Made by a program: the position numbers and the translations under genes | The notes under the pieces: generated by a model | Told to the model about the DNA's origin: nothing | What the model saw: the letters and a program-made list of their open reading frames with translations, nothing else | Databases searched by the model: none | Shown: piece by piece, positions 21,231-33,034 of the stretch | How positions within the stretch are numbered: the stretch's first letter is position 1 | How the letters are laid out: every line of letters starts with the position of its first letter | From: Corallochytrium limacisporum Hawaii | Taxonomy: Eukaryota; Protista; Pluriformea | DNA: 64,000 bases | Direction: 5' to 3' | NCBI GenBank assembly: GCA_002811645.1 | Contig: PDIP01000086.1 | Coordinates: 71,221-135,220, forward strand

Positions 21231-24227
21231 TTATATCAACCCGAATCCCTTACCATTGTTGATAGCAGTTCGTAATAGACGGTCCAGTTTGGTTGCTGAA
21301 CTGTACTCCGGCAGGAGCAAGCGACTAAAGCAGGTATGTGCGGTTGGCAGGCGGTCACTGTCCGGACCGTTGCGTTGAATAACAAACTGCAAATTTCCGA
21401 GACCCTTGATGGGAATGCGATCACTGCCCGTAACAAAGACAAGTAGCAGTTTCTTCTCTTCCTCAGTGAGATCCCTCACTGTCTGCCACAGCCAGCGAAT
21501 AACAGGATGTGATTCGTTGTAGTCATCGTAGGTGGCTGCTCGTTCCAAGGCGTCAAAGTCAAAGTCGGGGGAGCCGCAGAGCAAGAGCTCAAGCTCTTCC
21601 GGCCGACACAGACTCAGTGCATCACCTCCACAAATGCGATGAAAACCACGGTAGAATGCATGGAACTGGCGGCGAATCGAATCATTCAGCAAATAATTGA
21701 CATAAAGATGCACAAATTGTTCACGGTTCTCGGTGGTGACCGCAACATCGTCTCCATGCTCGACAAGATCGATCTGGACCATGTCACCGTCAAATTTCCG
21801 ACGTTCCACGCGGAAAGTGCGGCAAAATATGTTCTCAACATCCCCTTCGAACTCCAACAACTGCTTTAACCCTTCATGCAAGTCTGGATCTAGGTCCTTG
21901 ATGTCTTGCAAACCGACCACCTCCCCCAAAAGCTTGCGGTAAACGGGCATAGGGAAATGGACGTCAAGGATAATGCCATTGTACACGGCAAGACCTAGGA
22001 CATTCCCCACCAATTCGAACTCATCATCCGTTGCGAGGCTGTCAGGATCAAACCAGTAGGACCGCATTTCGTCCAGGTGAGTAAACATTCCGTAGGAACT
22101 GTTGAAGATCTCGTCCACGATTAATTGGAAGAACTCTTTCTGCAGACCACCCATGTCCAAACCCATCTCACCACCGTTCACGTACTTGATTTTCAGCGGT
22201 TTCTTAAGATCTTTCGTCTTCTTACTGAGCTGCGACATGGTATCTGCCATAATTGAATCTCTTCGAATCTCCAGAACAAGGTATGGACATGTGGCACTCC
22301 TTAGCACACCCTGGATGCTACGACGCTCCGCATTATCCTCAAGGAGTTTTTGAGCATGTACCACCCACGCATGGTTCACAAACGCATCCTCAAAGACTTC
22401 TGCCATTTGCACGACAGCATCGATGTGCAATATTTTGGTCTTGTGTGCTGGGTCGAACAGGAAAGGGTAGTTGAAAAAACTCATCGGGTGAGTGGCTAGG
22501 TTCTTCGCCAGATTTTCGACCTTGATATCTCTGCTCTTCACCTCTGGATGTAGAATCTTTTGCCAAATATAGTACTCGAACTTGAAATCCAGCTTTCTGG
22601 CTAGATGATCATTGTAGAAGATATCCCGAGTTGCAATGCCTCTGGCGCCATCTCCGTGTTCTCGGCCGCTCCTAATACCGATTTGATTGACTTCGACCAA
22701 CATCTCAAGGACGGAGAGACAAGCCGTAACGATACGATCCGGGCGTTCGTGAGGATGGACGTGAAGAGTCAAGAATTTCTGGAACAGGTTCACCAGGCGC
22801 GTGAAATGGTGCTCTTCGTACTGTGCTAACCACTCACACACAGTCTTTTTCACCCTTCCGACAATGTTGTCCGCGAAAATCAGACACAAACGACCCAGTA
22901 GGGCCTCATGGTAGCTCAGGTCGTCGAGCAGGGGCAGTTCCAAGAGGATAAGCAATTGTCGACAGTCCGCAGGTCGCAGAATAATGTTGTGCCGTAGTTG
23001 AGCAAGCAGAATCTCAATACTGTTCACCATGGTGGTCTGGAAGGTGGCATGGGGCCCGAGGCTCAGAATGATGCGGTATGCTTCCCGGACGTGATCCAGA
23101 TTGACTCCATGAGCCCCTCTAAATCCCGTGTCTATGTCTGATTCCGGTTCCATATCGCGAGCAGTTTGGTGGCCAGATGGGCCGGTATTTCCAGGGACTA
23201 GGCTTGGTGTTCGTGAGCTGCCATTTACGGGGAAGCTAGCATTAAGAGCAACACTAGAACAGAAGATTGTACGCAGAGAGTTAACAAGGAAAGCATTGTC
23301 CCCGGTGGCCTTATAGGTCTGTACACATTCCTTCAAACTGTCCAGAGTCAGGTACTGAAGAGAAAATTCTCCGTCGTTGTCCTCCACGGTTTCGTCGTGA
23401 TTGGTTGGGAGGGGTGAGAGCCCCCTCTGCTCCCCTTGAGATGGATCCGTGCCAGAGTGGTGCATTGGGCTCAGGCTGCGGTCTCTGCCATGACTATGGC
23501 TCTTACTTCGACCACGGTTTGATGACGGGACACTAGGGCTCGGGCTCCGCGATGGTTTGTTCTCCGGTCCTCCTTCAAACAGCGAAGCGAACGGACTCTG
23601 AGTAAACAGTACGTGCAAGAAGGGTCGCGGTGGCACCCCTTGCTCTTCTTCCTCCTCCGTCAACGGTGGTTCAAGAATCTCTCTTGGCAAGCGTGGTGCA
23701 TTCCCGACGTGTTCCCTGCAAAGATATTTTTCACCGTGAGGCATGGATGCCAGTTGAAGCGATAAAATTACGCATATATCTGCAGGTAATTTCAGCCCCT
23801 GAGCATTGCTACTGCACATAGGATTCCGACATTCATACTTACCGCAGCCCTTGGTGATCTGATTGTAATAACTACGGACCAGATCCTCGTACCTTTCCTT
23901 GGCCACGGCGTTGGGATTGTCTGGGAGCAAGTAGCTCGCCTTCGGAAGTGCAGCCTGAAGACTCAAATTTGTTGCAGACAATGCCGCCAAATTGCTTGCA
24001 CTTAACGTTCTGCCATTTGAAAAATGGCTCAGTCCCTTTCGTGGAGATAAGCCCAATTGTGCACACTTCCGCTCACTAAACAAGTCTTGGGTAGGCCCAT
24101 ATTTTGAGGGCCTCCGTGGTTCTGGTGTTCTGATCCCGTCATGGCGCGAAGCCGATGGTCCACCTCCACTGGAACGCAGATGAAGATTCAATCTCGGGAG
24201 TCCGGCCTCTCCAACTGAATTATCCAT
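21231..24227 (-). CDS. HECT E3 ubiquitin ligase with N-terminal AZUL zinc finger (UBE3A/HECTD2/Hul4-like)
   Basis: AZUL motif YYNQITKGCGKYECRNPMC. HECT motifs GEMGLDMGGLQKEFF and RLPTAHTCFSRLLLPEY...GFGLI, with the catalytic Cys intact. Confidence 0.93.
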   Translation of the reverse strand: MDNSVGEAGLPRLNLHLRSSGGGPSASRHDGIRTPEPRRPSKYGPTQDLFSERKCAQLGLSPRKGLSHFSNGRTLSASNLAALSATNLSLQAALPKASYLLPDNPNAVAKERYEDLVRSYYNQITKGCGKYECRNPMCSSNAQGLKLPADICVILSLQLASMPHGEKYLCREHVGNAPRLPREILEPPLTEEEEEQGVPPRPFLHVLFTQSPFASLFEGGPENKPSRSPSPSVPSSNRGRSKSHSHGRDRSLSPMHHSGTDPSQGEQRGLSPLPTNHDETVEDNDGEFSLQYLTLDSLKECVQTYKATGDNAFLVNSLRTIFCSSVALNASFPVNGSSRTPSLVPGNTGPSGHQTARDMEPESDIDTGFRGAHGVNLDHVREAYRIILSLGPHATFQTTMVNSIEILLAQLRHNIILRPADCRQLLILLELPLLDDLSYHEALLGRLCLIFADNIVGRVKKTVCEWLAQYEEHHFTRLVNLFQKFLTLHVHPHERPDRIVTACLSVLEMLVEVNQIGIRSGREHGDGARGIATRDIFYNDHLARKLDFKFEYYIWQKILHPEVKSRDIKVENLAKNLATHPMSFFNYPFLFDPAHKTKILHIDAVVQMAEVFEDAFVNHAWVVHAQKLLEDNAERRSIQGVLRSATCPYLVLEIRRDSIMADTMSQLSKKTKDLKKPLKIKYVNGGEMGLDMGGLQKEFFQLIVDEIFNSSYGMFTHLDEMRSYWFDPDSLATDDEFELVGNVLGLAVYNGIILDVHFPMPVYRKLLGEVVGLQDIKDLDPDLHEGLKQLLEFEGDVENIFCRTFRVERRKFDGDMVQIDLVEHGDDVAVTTENREQFVHLYVNYLLNDSIRRQFHAFYRGFHRICGGDALSLCRPEELELLLCGSPDFDFDALERAATYDDYNESHPVIRWLWQTVRDLTEEEKKLLLVFVTGSDRIPIKGLGNLQFVIQRNGPDSDRLPTAHTCFSRLLLPEYSSATKLDRLLRTAINNGKGFGLI

Positions 24228-25147
24228 CCTTGTTGTCCTGCAAAGTCTAGTAATGAATAGTTCAGCCTAGAGTGCCAATTTCGAATGTCATTGTCATTGT
24301 TTCCTATGCTATGGTAACAGTTTTGAGCAACGTAATCGCACCTTGAGCAGGTGAATGACTGATCCGAGTGCTTCTTTAATAGCCACGACTTAAGAAGTTT
24401 TCAGCTCAACTAGGAACCCCGCTGCTATCGTGCGCTGTCGATGCTTGGCCGTCCTTGCGGCCAAAACCGAACAATGCGCTGCGGCGGGGCCCACCCGCCC
24501 TCCTCCCGCTTCCGCATACATTTCTACTTCTCTCTCGATTCAACTGCCGTTGGCCAAGTATTCCGCGGGGCACTTCCTGGTCCTCGAATACTGGGATGGT
24601 TCTCCACAGAGGGGCTCGTTGCCAACAAATAAAAAAACCTGCTTAAACTTCGGTACACTCAGTACATCGGACAGGTCCAGCCGGAAAACGGGCCCCAACT
24701 GTTTAGGGAATTCCCAGCAAGAGAACGAGGGGGGAAAAAGGGGTGGATGTAATTGTTTCCACAAAGGCGACCAGAAAATGCAAGGAAAAGTTTTCTCCCG
24801 TATCACTATCTCGAAAAGAGCCGCCAAACGTTCGGATTGTGGGTTTGCTATCCCCAACCACCCTAAGAAGGCGGGTCTGGAGGAATGGGGCATGCAACCC
24901 TTATCACCAATGTCGACACATTGCTTTGTATTGTCTTGTGTCTTTAAAGGTAGTTTAGTGCCTACTCGACTAGTTTCACGAATAATAGGCGAATATAGTG
25001 ACTTTGTGAGTCTGTGTGCGGAAGTGGAGTAGATTTACAGACGATCTCACAAGTCAAGATAGCGCAAGACCCGCAAGACGTAGAACCGTCTCCCATTTCG
25101 ATATGTAGGTCTGTGGGCACGAGAAGGGTCTTGACAAGCGATACGTT

Positions 25148-26623
25148 ATGTCCCGCCTAGCTAGTGCGTGGAACAAGGCGGCTGTTCTAAGGAACATCTT
25201 TAAAGAGCGATGGAAACCACCAAGTTATGTTCCACAGGATATTACACTCCCTTCACGGCACATTCCCGTCGGAAAGGACGGTATTGTTTACGGTATTGTA
25301 AACCATGCCGAACAGAAGAAATTATTGAATGCCACGGGTCAGAAGGATCTGATTGAGCTCTGTCGGTACATTTCAGCGTTGTGTACTCTGCGCTGGCAAG
25401 TACAGCGTGACCAAACAGAGTCCCTTTACGAATGGCTAGATCCCGACCTTCCACAACGGAAACACAGGACGTCAGCAAAGCAGGAGACCAGTCGCAGTGA
25501 ATTTCTAGGTCAGCTGGACCGTATTGTTGCAAGGGCAAATTACACGCCAATGACCTGGCGGGAACAAACAAAAGCCCTCTTTAGTGACCGAGAAGACCAT
25601 ACTGCTGTGCTGGGCGGTTTGCGGATCAGTGTCGACTCGTCCAAATACTCGTTCGTGCGGGTATGGGTTCGTGGCCAAACAATTAAGCATGGCTACAAAC
25701 GCTTGGTGCCGGAATTACGAATGGGTAGTCTGAGCAGTTTCTCATATCCGAAGCTCTTCACATTTTCACCTATGGACAGAACCGTGTATGATCGTGTTGT
25801 CATTGCTTTCCAGCCTCGCAAGCAGGAGACACCGGGTCGCTTCCAGCGCTTTAAGACTGGCACCATGAATTTCATCTGGAGTCTGATTGACACTGCCCCT
25901 CAGAGCTACAGTGAGAAAAACAGATTGGACCCGGACTTTGTATACATCAAATCGTTCCGAGATATTTCTGAAGAGGAACTGAGAATCCTCTTACCGCAAG
26001 TGACTATGAAAATGTCAAGGTTTACATCCCTCCTTCTGGGTAGCACCATTGCCATCACAGGCATGTCCATGCTGAATCGTATTGGTAAGCAGGTGGCTGC
26101 GTTCTATGCCGTGCCGGTGCTATCCGGATATCTCACACTGCTCTCCTTGACTTCGTTTCGCAATCGTCGTAACGCAGTAATGGTAAACGCCTCGGATCTC
26201 CTATACTTGCGCAACTTGGCAAATAACAAGGCCGCGGTCAAGGTCCTGATTGCCCGCGCTGAGGATGAAGTGGCAAAGGAGGCAATGCTGTTGTACTATA
26301 CTCTGTTGGCATGGTCCAGTGGGAGCGCAAAGAAACAGTTTGCCACGATGTCAAGGTCGGAAGGACTAAGTCAGGTGAAGAAAGATATTGAAGTGTACCT
26401 TGAAAAGAACGAGAAAATCAAGGTCGATTTTGATATGACCAGTGCCATGGAGACACTGTACGACATCGGACTCCTCAGCACCCAGCCAAGTCAGGGTGGT
26501 GATGTGACTAGCATGTCGTTACTGGTCCCGTCCCTCAGGGATGGGCTTCAGATCCTGTCTGAGGAATGGAAACAGGAGTCCAGAAAGACAGTAGTGTCTG
26601 AGACAGCGGAAGAAGTCATGTAG
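25148..26623 (+). CDS. TMEM143: Transmembrane protein 143 (DUF3754)
   Basis: YIKSFRDI..LRILLP, two TM helices, then LYLRNLANN..LIARAEDEVAKEAMLLY and VDFDMTSAMETL. Confidence 0.85.
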   Translation: MSRLASAWNKAAVLRNIFKERWKPPSYVPQDITLPSRHIPVGKDGIVYGIVNHAEQKKLLNATGQKDLIELCRYISALCTLRWQVQRDQTESLYEWLDPDLPQRKHRTSAKQETSRSEFLGQLDRIVARANYTPMTWREQTKALFSDREDHTAVLGGLRISVDSSKYSFVRVWVRGQTIKHGYKRLVPELRMGSLSSFSYPKLFTFSPMDRTVYDRVVIAFQPRKQETPGRFQRFKTGTMNFIWSLIDTAPQSYSEKNRLDPDFVYIKSFRDISEEELRILLPQVTMKMSRFTSLLLGSTIAITGMSMLNRIGKQVAAFYAVPVLSGYLTLLSLTSFRNRRNAVMVNASDLLYLRNLANNKAAVKVLIARAEDEVAKEAMLLYYTLLAWSSGSAKKQFATMSRSEGLSQVKKDIEVYLEKNEKIKVDFDMTSAMETLYDIGLLSTQPSQGGDVTSMSLLVPSLRDGLQILSEEWKQESRKTVVSETAEEVM

Positions 26624-27125
26624 CGGTGTGTATCAATAATGTATAATTTACTATCCTCACCATCGTCCACCATCGTCCTAAGCATCATTATCTTTAGTAC
26701 ACTTGCTGCATCCCTTCTATTGGGAAGGAATCATTCCTTGCTTCTCTTGCCAAAGGCATTTCGTCGAACGCTGCTGAATAGGACAATGGTATGCTTCTAG
26801 CATTATAGTTTGCCCCCTTCTTGACTCTCATTCGCTTTGTCTATATTGTACCGTGTCTTCCCCTCTGTGCATTTTCATACGCCATTCAGCTCTGCAATGT
26901 CCATATCACACTGGTCCGCGGATGCCCATATGCCAATCTTAACAGCACTCCCCAAACCCCCGGTTGCGAAGAAAGGGGGGTCTGTTCCGCACACACAATC
27001 GAGAAACCCGCCCTACCTACACCCGTCCGTACAGGTTCACTGCCAGCTGCATACGAAGGTACTATGGAGACGGAATCTTCGACACGAGTCACAAAAAAGA
27101 GCAAAGCGGGCTGCATAGTCAGTTT

Positions 27126-27727
27126 ATGGCCAAGGAGAATGCGAAGACAGCATATGCAAACATGACAAACGTTAAGAGGATACAGGTCCTGGGCCGTCCG
27201 ATGGACTATACATGTATGGATATCTTGGCATTTCCCGGCATGCTCAATGAAGAACCAAGGAACGATGACGATAATCTAAGAGCACCAAATAGACAGATGG
27301 TAAAGACTGAGGTTATATACAACAGCTTGCGCGTCAGTGGCAACATACTGGAACCATGGACAGAGATGACTCCAACCCTCAGACGGATCATTCCAGACAT
27401 CGCACAGCTCAGGTGGCTCGACTTGTCCTTCAACTCACTATCGTCCATTTGCTCTGATATCAAGGAGCTTCCGGGATTAACACACTTGTACTTGCACGGA
27501 AGCAAGATCAAAGACATTGTACACTCGCAATAACTTAAGTATATGCCGCACTTAAAGAATCTCGCACTTCACTAAATCCCATCGAATCCCACCCTTGTTA
27601 CAAGAAAACAGTCCTTCTGCTGTGTCCAGAAGTTAAGAATTTTGACTTTGCAACAGTCACGACACAGGAGCGTACCAATGCTACAATTACTGCGAAGCAG
27701 GATGCAGCAAAGAGGGCTCGGCGCTGA
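27126..27727 (+). pseudogene. LRRC51: LRRC51 (cilia-associated LRR protein) pseudogene: premature TAA plus 1-nt frameshift
   Basis: PMDY..LNEEPR..LRWLDLSFNSLSSI..LYLHGSKI, then TAA at 27531-27533, then LKYMPHLKNLALH. A 1-nt loss at ~27573 (cac ta aat ccc for H-G-N-P) is followed by NPIESHPCYKKTVL..KNFDFATVTTQER and TGA at 27725-27727. Confidence 0.88.
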
Positions 27728-27777
27728 ACACCATGTCGTAAGGGTATATGATTAATGTTTTATCGTTTCGAGAATAG

Positions 27778-28995
27778 TCATGAGTTGACCACGTCACTTT
27801 TCAGAACTGCGGTGAGATAATTTGCAGGGGCCAAACCTTGAGCCCCATCACTAGATTTTACGTGCCACCATCCCTCAGAATCAGTGATTCTATTGAGGAC
27901 TGTTAGCTTGTCCCCGGCACGAATCAGCACTTCGTCGGCCTCCTGAGGCTCGTAATCGTAAATGGCAGTCAGCTCGTCGCTGGTACGGAACGCATCGGCA
28001 ACGGCATCTAAACGAGTCCGCATCTCTTCACTTTCTACCATGTCGAAAACGTTTTGGCCCTCATCGGTCTCAGCTAAAAGATCAGCTCCTTTCTCCAAAA
28101 GTAAGTCGAGGATGGCGACAGAGTGCCGCTCATCACTGTCGACGGCCAAATGCAACGAGGTCCAATCTTCGTCATCTCGAGCATTTACATCTGCTCCACG
28201 CTCCAGGAGAAGCATGACTACGTTTAAGTCTCCATTCATGACAGCGACATGAAGGAGGGTCATGCCGTTGGCTCGCCTAGGTTGATTGACACATTCGATG
28301 TTCTCGAGCATTGATTTTACCTCGTCATGGAATCCGATCTCCACGGAATGTAATACCAGAGCATGTCTATCAAACGAAACACGCCGTGTTCTCTGCTCAG
28401 GAGTTTCCTTTGTAGTGGCAGGGCTTACTATACAGTCATGAAGGCGTTCAAACGATCCGTTCCGGATCATTTTCTCATCGCCACCTTCCATCGTCTCTTC
28501 TGACTCCTTTTTCTCTTCTTCGTTCCCCCTAGCCACTGAAGCTACTTCACTTTGGTCCATACCAGGCCTTACTTCTGTTCCTGTGTCCATATTCTCAATT
28601 TCAACAGTCTGCTCTTCTTCAACATGCCTTTCATCCTCGACCCAAGATACATCTTCTTCCCGTGGTGTGTTGTCTACGGTTGAGATTGTTTCGGAATCTA
28701 TATAGCTAGCGGAAGCCAGCTCTTCAATATCACTAGGAACTTGTGTTTCATTGTCTCCTTTTTGCTTTGACATTGCCCAAAACTTATTGATCGTCATCTG
28801 ACAGGACGTGGCAGTCATAGTGCCAAAAGGCATGCGGTCTTGCGGCGGTCCCTCGGAGAAACATGCCGGAGGCAAGGAAGAACGCGCACATCCCTTGCTC
28901 ACGGGCTTTGGATTTTTTGTATGACTGAGTGGTTCCAAATTTTCTTCATTGTCACCATTAACGAGGTACACGACGGGTTCTTCGTCCATGGACAT
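27778..28995 (-). CDS. ASPP/PPP1R13-type PP1 regulator: RVxF motif + ankyrin repeats + C-terminal SH3
   Basis: RRVSFDRHALVL lies immediately before the ankyrins (GMTLLHVAV, WTSLHLAV). SH3 motif AIYDYE..GWW..GLAPANYL. Confidence 0.8.
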   Translation of the reverse strand: MSMDEEPVVYLVNGDNEENLEPLSHTKNPKPVSKGCARSSLPPACFSEGPPQDRMPFGTMTATSCQMTINKFWAMSKQKGDNETQVPSDIEELASASYIDSETISTVDNTPREEDVSWVEDERHVEEEQTVEIENMDTGTEVRPGMDQSEVASVARGNEEEKKESEETMEGGDEKMIRNGSFERLHDCIVSPATTKETPEQRTRRVSFDRHALVLHSVEIGFHDEVKSMLENIECVNQPRRANGMTLLHVAVMNGDLNVVMLLLERGADVNARDDEDWTSLHLAVDSDERHSVAILDLLLEKGADLLAETDEGQNVFDMVESEEMRTRLDAVADAFRTSDELTAIYDYEPQEADEVLIRAGDKLTVLNRITDSEGWWHVKSSDGAQGLAPANYLTAVLKSDVVNS

Positions 28996-31900
28996 GGCGA
29001 TTTCCTTTTTGATCTCAAACGGATGGTCCGCTGCTCATACTCGTAAACCTTGCGATACAGCTCCTCCACTGACCATTACATTGGAATCATCTTCCTCGTA
29101 AAATAGGACTTAAAAATACCTGTGATCTGTTAAGGAGAAGGTCAATGGACGAATGTTCAAATACAGACGCACGCATTGAGAGCTTTAGGACCAAATTCTT
29201 GCCTATCCCCCCGCAGGACTGGTACGGACGCAAGTGAAAATGGTTCCGGCGATTCTGTTCCTAACGCAACAGCACCCTCCCCCCCCCCTTTAATTACCGT
29301 CGACCAATGGAGCGACCCCGTCCAGTACTCACCCTGTGGTGTCTTGAAACACTTGTCACCAGCAGTTGTCAATTCGCGGGTCGAGTGCGTGCAAATGGAA
29401 GAGTGTGGAATAAAGAGCACATCGTCATCTATGCGTGCGTCCATTTTTCGCCCCTCTTCGCCTCTCAATCGCTCTGCGTCTTGTTGTCGTTGAAGTGGTC
29501 TCTCTGCCCCGTGATGAATGCTTTGGAGTCCCTTGGCTACGCTTTTGTCCGGAGAGCTGAATTCTGCGCGCCTTTTTTTGTCAAGCACATCCAGTTCCGC
29601 CGCAGGCAAATATGGTCATTATTTGCTCCGCCCCCCCCGGGGGGGGGGGGGGTTTGGCAGATTTTTTTTCTTTTCTGTTTTTGCCCAGTCTCACCTGCTT
29701 CGCAACCTTGCCTACCGCCTGCTTGAATAGAGCCTGTATAGCTTACCCGGGGTTCACTTTGAAATTCCGCATTCTTCATCGCCACCTCTCTATTGTTCTC
29801 CCTGCCTTCCTTGTCCCTTTCCTGCGTGCCCCCCCCTGCAAAGCAGTCCCGACTATTTTATCGTTTTGGTTGAAGTGCTCTTATCCATCCAGTCTCTCAG
29901 TATAGAAACATGGAAAGATATCTAGAACTTCCCGCGCACTGTCGTGTCTGTGGTGTTTGCTATCTGGATAAACTCTACCCACACCCTTAATGCACCCCTC
30001 CCCTTCGCTTTTAAGGAGAGGGAGCGCGCGGTGGGTGGGGTGGAGTTCGTGTGGAACTTTTCTTTCAAAATCCTTTACCTGCCACAGTGTGGTTTTGAGT
30101 GTCTATCGTGTGCCATGTTGTCAGTTTCGGGTGTTTTTTTTTCTAAATCCTCCCCCCCCCCTTTTTTTAATTTCGTCTTCTTGCTTCTACGATTAAATCG
30201 AAAGGAATAGAAAAAAGTTATGTCTTGCTACCGGATACCACCACCACTGCTGCTGCTGTTGCTATTGCTGGCAAACGGATCGGCTGCAACGATTCCCATC
30301 CCAGAGCGGTGGTGTGCAAAAAAAAAAAGAAAAGGGCAAAATGAAAAAAAAAGACAATGTGGCGTTCAGGAAGACGACAATCAGGAGGCCCCTTGTGACG
30401 CTGGCTGAAGCCAAGAAGCTTCGAAAAAGCAGTTGGCGTTCGTCGCTGCGGGATTCTACGTCACTTTTTTCATATGTTCAGTACTAAGTCTCGCCATAAA
30501 GGGACACCGCAGCGGACATATGGGAGCAAGCCAGCCAGGCCCTGAACGTACTCCATCTGCGATTCTCGTGGACACCACGAGTCAGTGTGTTGGGGGCCTA
30601 ATATTTCAAAAGTACGGTTTCTATAGTGAAAGTACGCGGTGGCTTTGCAGCCGGAAAACGGATAGAAATACGGGTGGCAGCACAAGGAGAGGGTGTGTGG
30701 CGGGGAGGACAGGTCCTTGCTGTAGGGGGCGTACACTGTCAAATATTAAATGTACCTATAAATTGTGGCCTTTGTAATAAAATTGATCTAGTTTTTATTG
30801 GTAGCGTTCCCACCGTGGTGAGGTGCCACGGTGACTACCGTTCGGAGCTCTGGCTGTACGCCTTAGCTATAGTAATTGTACTAATCTTCCTCCGGAATAC
30901 CTACCTTAACGGACGTGTGTGATGTGGCGGCGGTAGCGACGACACGGGAACCAGGCAAAGGGTTTCTCTTCGTTCCGGGCCACTTTTTTTTAAAGCTGGA
31001 GGGTATGCACCCACCCCGTTCCTATTGCTATTAGCACACACTGCCCGTACATAAAGGATAGGCAGCGGTGGGTGCCGATTGTGTGGCCTTGCACTTTCAT
31101 TTCTTTCTATGACGGCGGGAAACTTTGTTCCACGCTTCCTTCCGTTCCCGCTTTTTTTTTTCGCTTGGCTTTCCCCGTTCCCGCTGTTTGGCCCCTTCTC
31201 TCCCCGCTGCGAAGACCCCTTGCAACTCTACTCTCTCCGCCATACACACCTCCTTCTTAGCGCTCCAACGCTCTCGGCGCGCCCTGTCATCCACAATTGG
31301 CGGGGTTCTTTCGGCGGTGGTGCCGGTCTGGCATGCTTCTCTGGTTGCCCTGCTCCCGTCAATCATGCTGCGAAACAACTACATATCAGAATGACTCCGA
31401 TCTTCCTTTTGTTTTCTTGTGGTGAGAGAAGGAGACCACTGGTTGCAGCATGTCCGAAGTCCCAAGTGCCCATCTTCCTTCCTCAGTGCCCGTTCCGCAT
31501 GCCATCGCCTCGGAAAGTAATCGTCGTCTTATCACGGATCGCACCTATCTCCCGTGTGTATGGTGTTTTTTTTGTGTTTTGCAGCAAGCGTTTCCGTGCT
31601 CCTGCCCCAGGTCTACGATCTCTGAACAGACTCTCTCCTTTCTGCCCCCATCCGTCGTCCGTTTCCGGACCTGGTTTGGTTTCCTACACACATGGCAGAT
31701 GAAATCCAACACTTAATCGACATGGGTTTCTTCACAAAATGCGATGGGCCCGGCCTGGTTTGCGCCCGCACTTTTGCACATGAATCCCCCCCCCCTCGGC
31801 GGGTTGCTGGCGCAGGGCACACACTACAGAAAATACAAAAGTGCAAAGTAGGATGGCCGCGTGTGGCTGTGTGCTTGTTGTCAGTTGATGGCATTCATAC

Positions 31901-32774
31901 GAGTCTGCCACAGTAACAGCTTTCATTGGAAATCTACGTCAAGGGTCCCGGATTTAAACCTCCCAGGTACTGAGGGGCCTAGTATCGACGATAGTAGTAA
32001 ATAACTGAAAACAAAAGTAAGAGAGAAGAAGAAACATCAAGAGGCAATTGATGATCTGCTCTCCTTTTTCTCACACCGCTGCCCAACGTTTCTTTTTTTT
32101 TAATTTCCTTTGTGATTGTTTTCTCGTTCGGGGTTGGTTTCTTGGGCTTGTGGTTATTTGCTTTGGGTTTTTACGGACTTGCAAGGCGCCATACTTCGCT
32201 TCCATTTTTTTGCCCCCCCCCCCCCACCCGGAATTTTGCTTGGGCTTTCCCAACCCAAAAACGGAGAAGGAGCGGGGACTCCCCCGCAGGGCGGGGAGGT
32301 GGTCGGGAAAAACGCCGCCCGGAAAACCCCGGTGGGAATACACAGAGAAGGGCGGGGACCCAATTTTCTTTTTTTTTCTTTTTGAAGAATTGGTTTTTAT
32401 TTGAAAAGGGCAAAAGAGCAAGCAGGGAAGGGGGGGGTGAGGGGCTTACGGGGATTGAGACCTATGGGCCCTTGGGGCCCCCGGCAGCGCCTGTTCCGGG
32501 CAGTGGCCATGCCCAAAATTGGGAAGCAAAATTGTGTGCGGGGGACGAAGCCCGAAAAAGGGGCAAACGAAGGGGACCCCCGTACCCCGGGGGTGTGCGG
32601 AGGGGAAACTTGGCCCCCCCCCCCCAGTCTTTTCTTATTCTCGCTACGTTTTCTTTGCTTTTATTCTTTGCGGTGTTTTGTCGCGCCTTTCGTTAGCTTG
32701 GATAGGGGGGGGGGCGCGGGGCGGGCAGCGCTTTGGGGCTCTCTCTCTCGGGCGTAGCGGGGAGAGAGACAGAG

Positions 32775-33034
32775 AGAGTGAGTGAGTGAGTGAGTGAGTG
32801 AGTGAGTGAGTGAGTGAGTGAGTGAGTGAGTGAGTGAGTGAGTGAGTGAGTGAGTGAGTGAGTGAGTGAGGAGTGAGTGAGTGAGTGAGTGAGTGAGTGA
32901 GTGAGTGAGTGAGTGAGTGAGTGAGTGAGTGAGTGAGTGAGTGAGTGAGTGAGTGAGTGAGAGAGTGAGTGAGAGAGTGAGAGAGTGAGTGAGTGAGAGA
33001 GTAAGAGAGTGAGAGAGAGAGAGAGAGAGTGAGT
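32775..33034 (+). repeat. (GAGT)n tetranucleotide microsatellite grading into (GA)n
   Basis: About 260 bp of near-perfect GAGT units, with one phase slip near 32870. Confidence 0.97.

Noticed and set aside
24298-24318. RFX X-box-like half site (ATGGTAAC) upstream of the HECT gene; also looked for X-boxes before the ciliary relics
   Set aside because: Only half-sites were found, at a frequency expected by chance.
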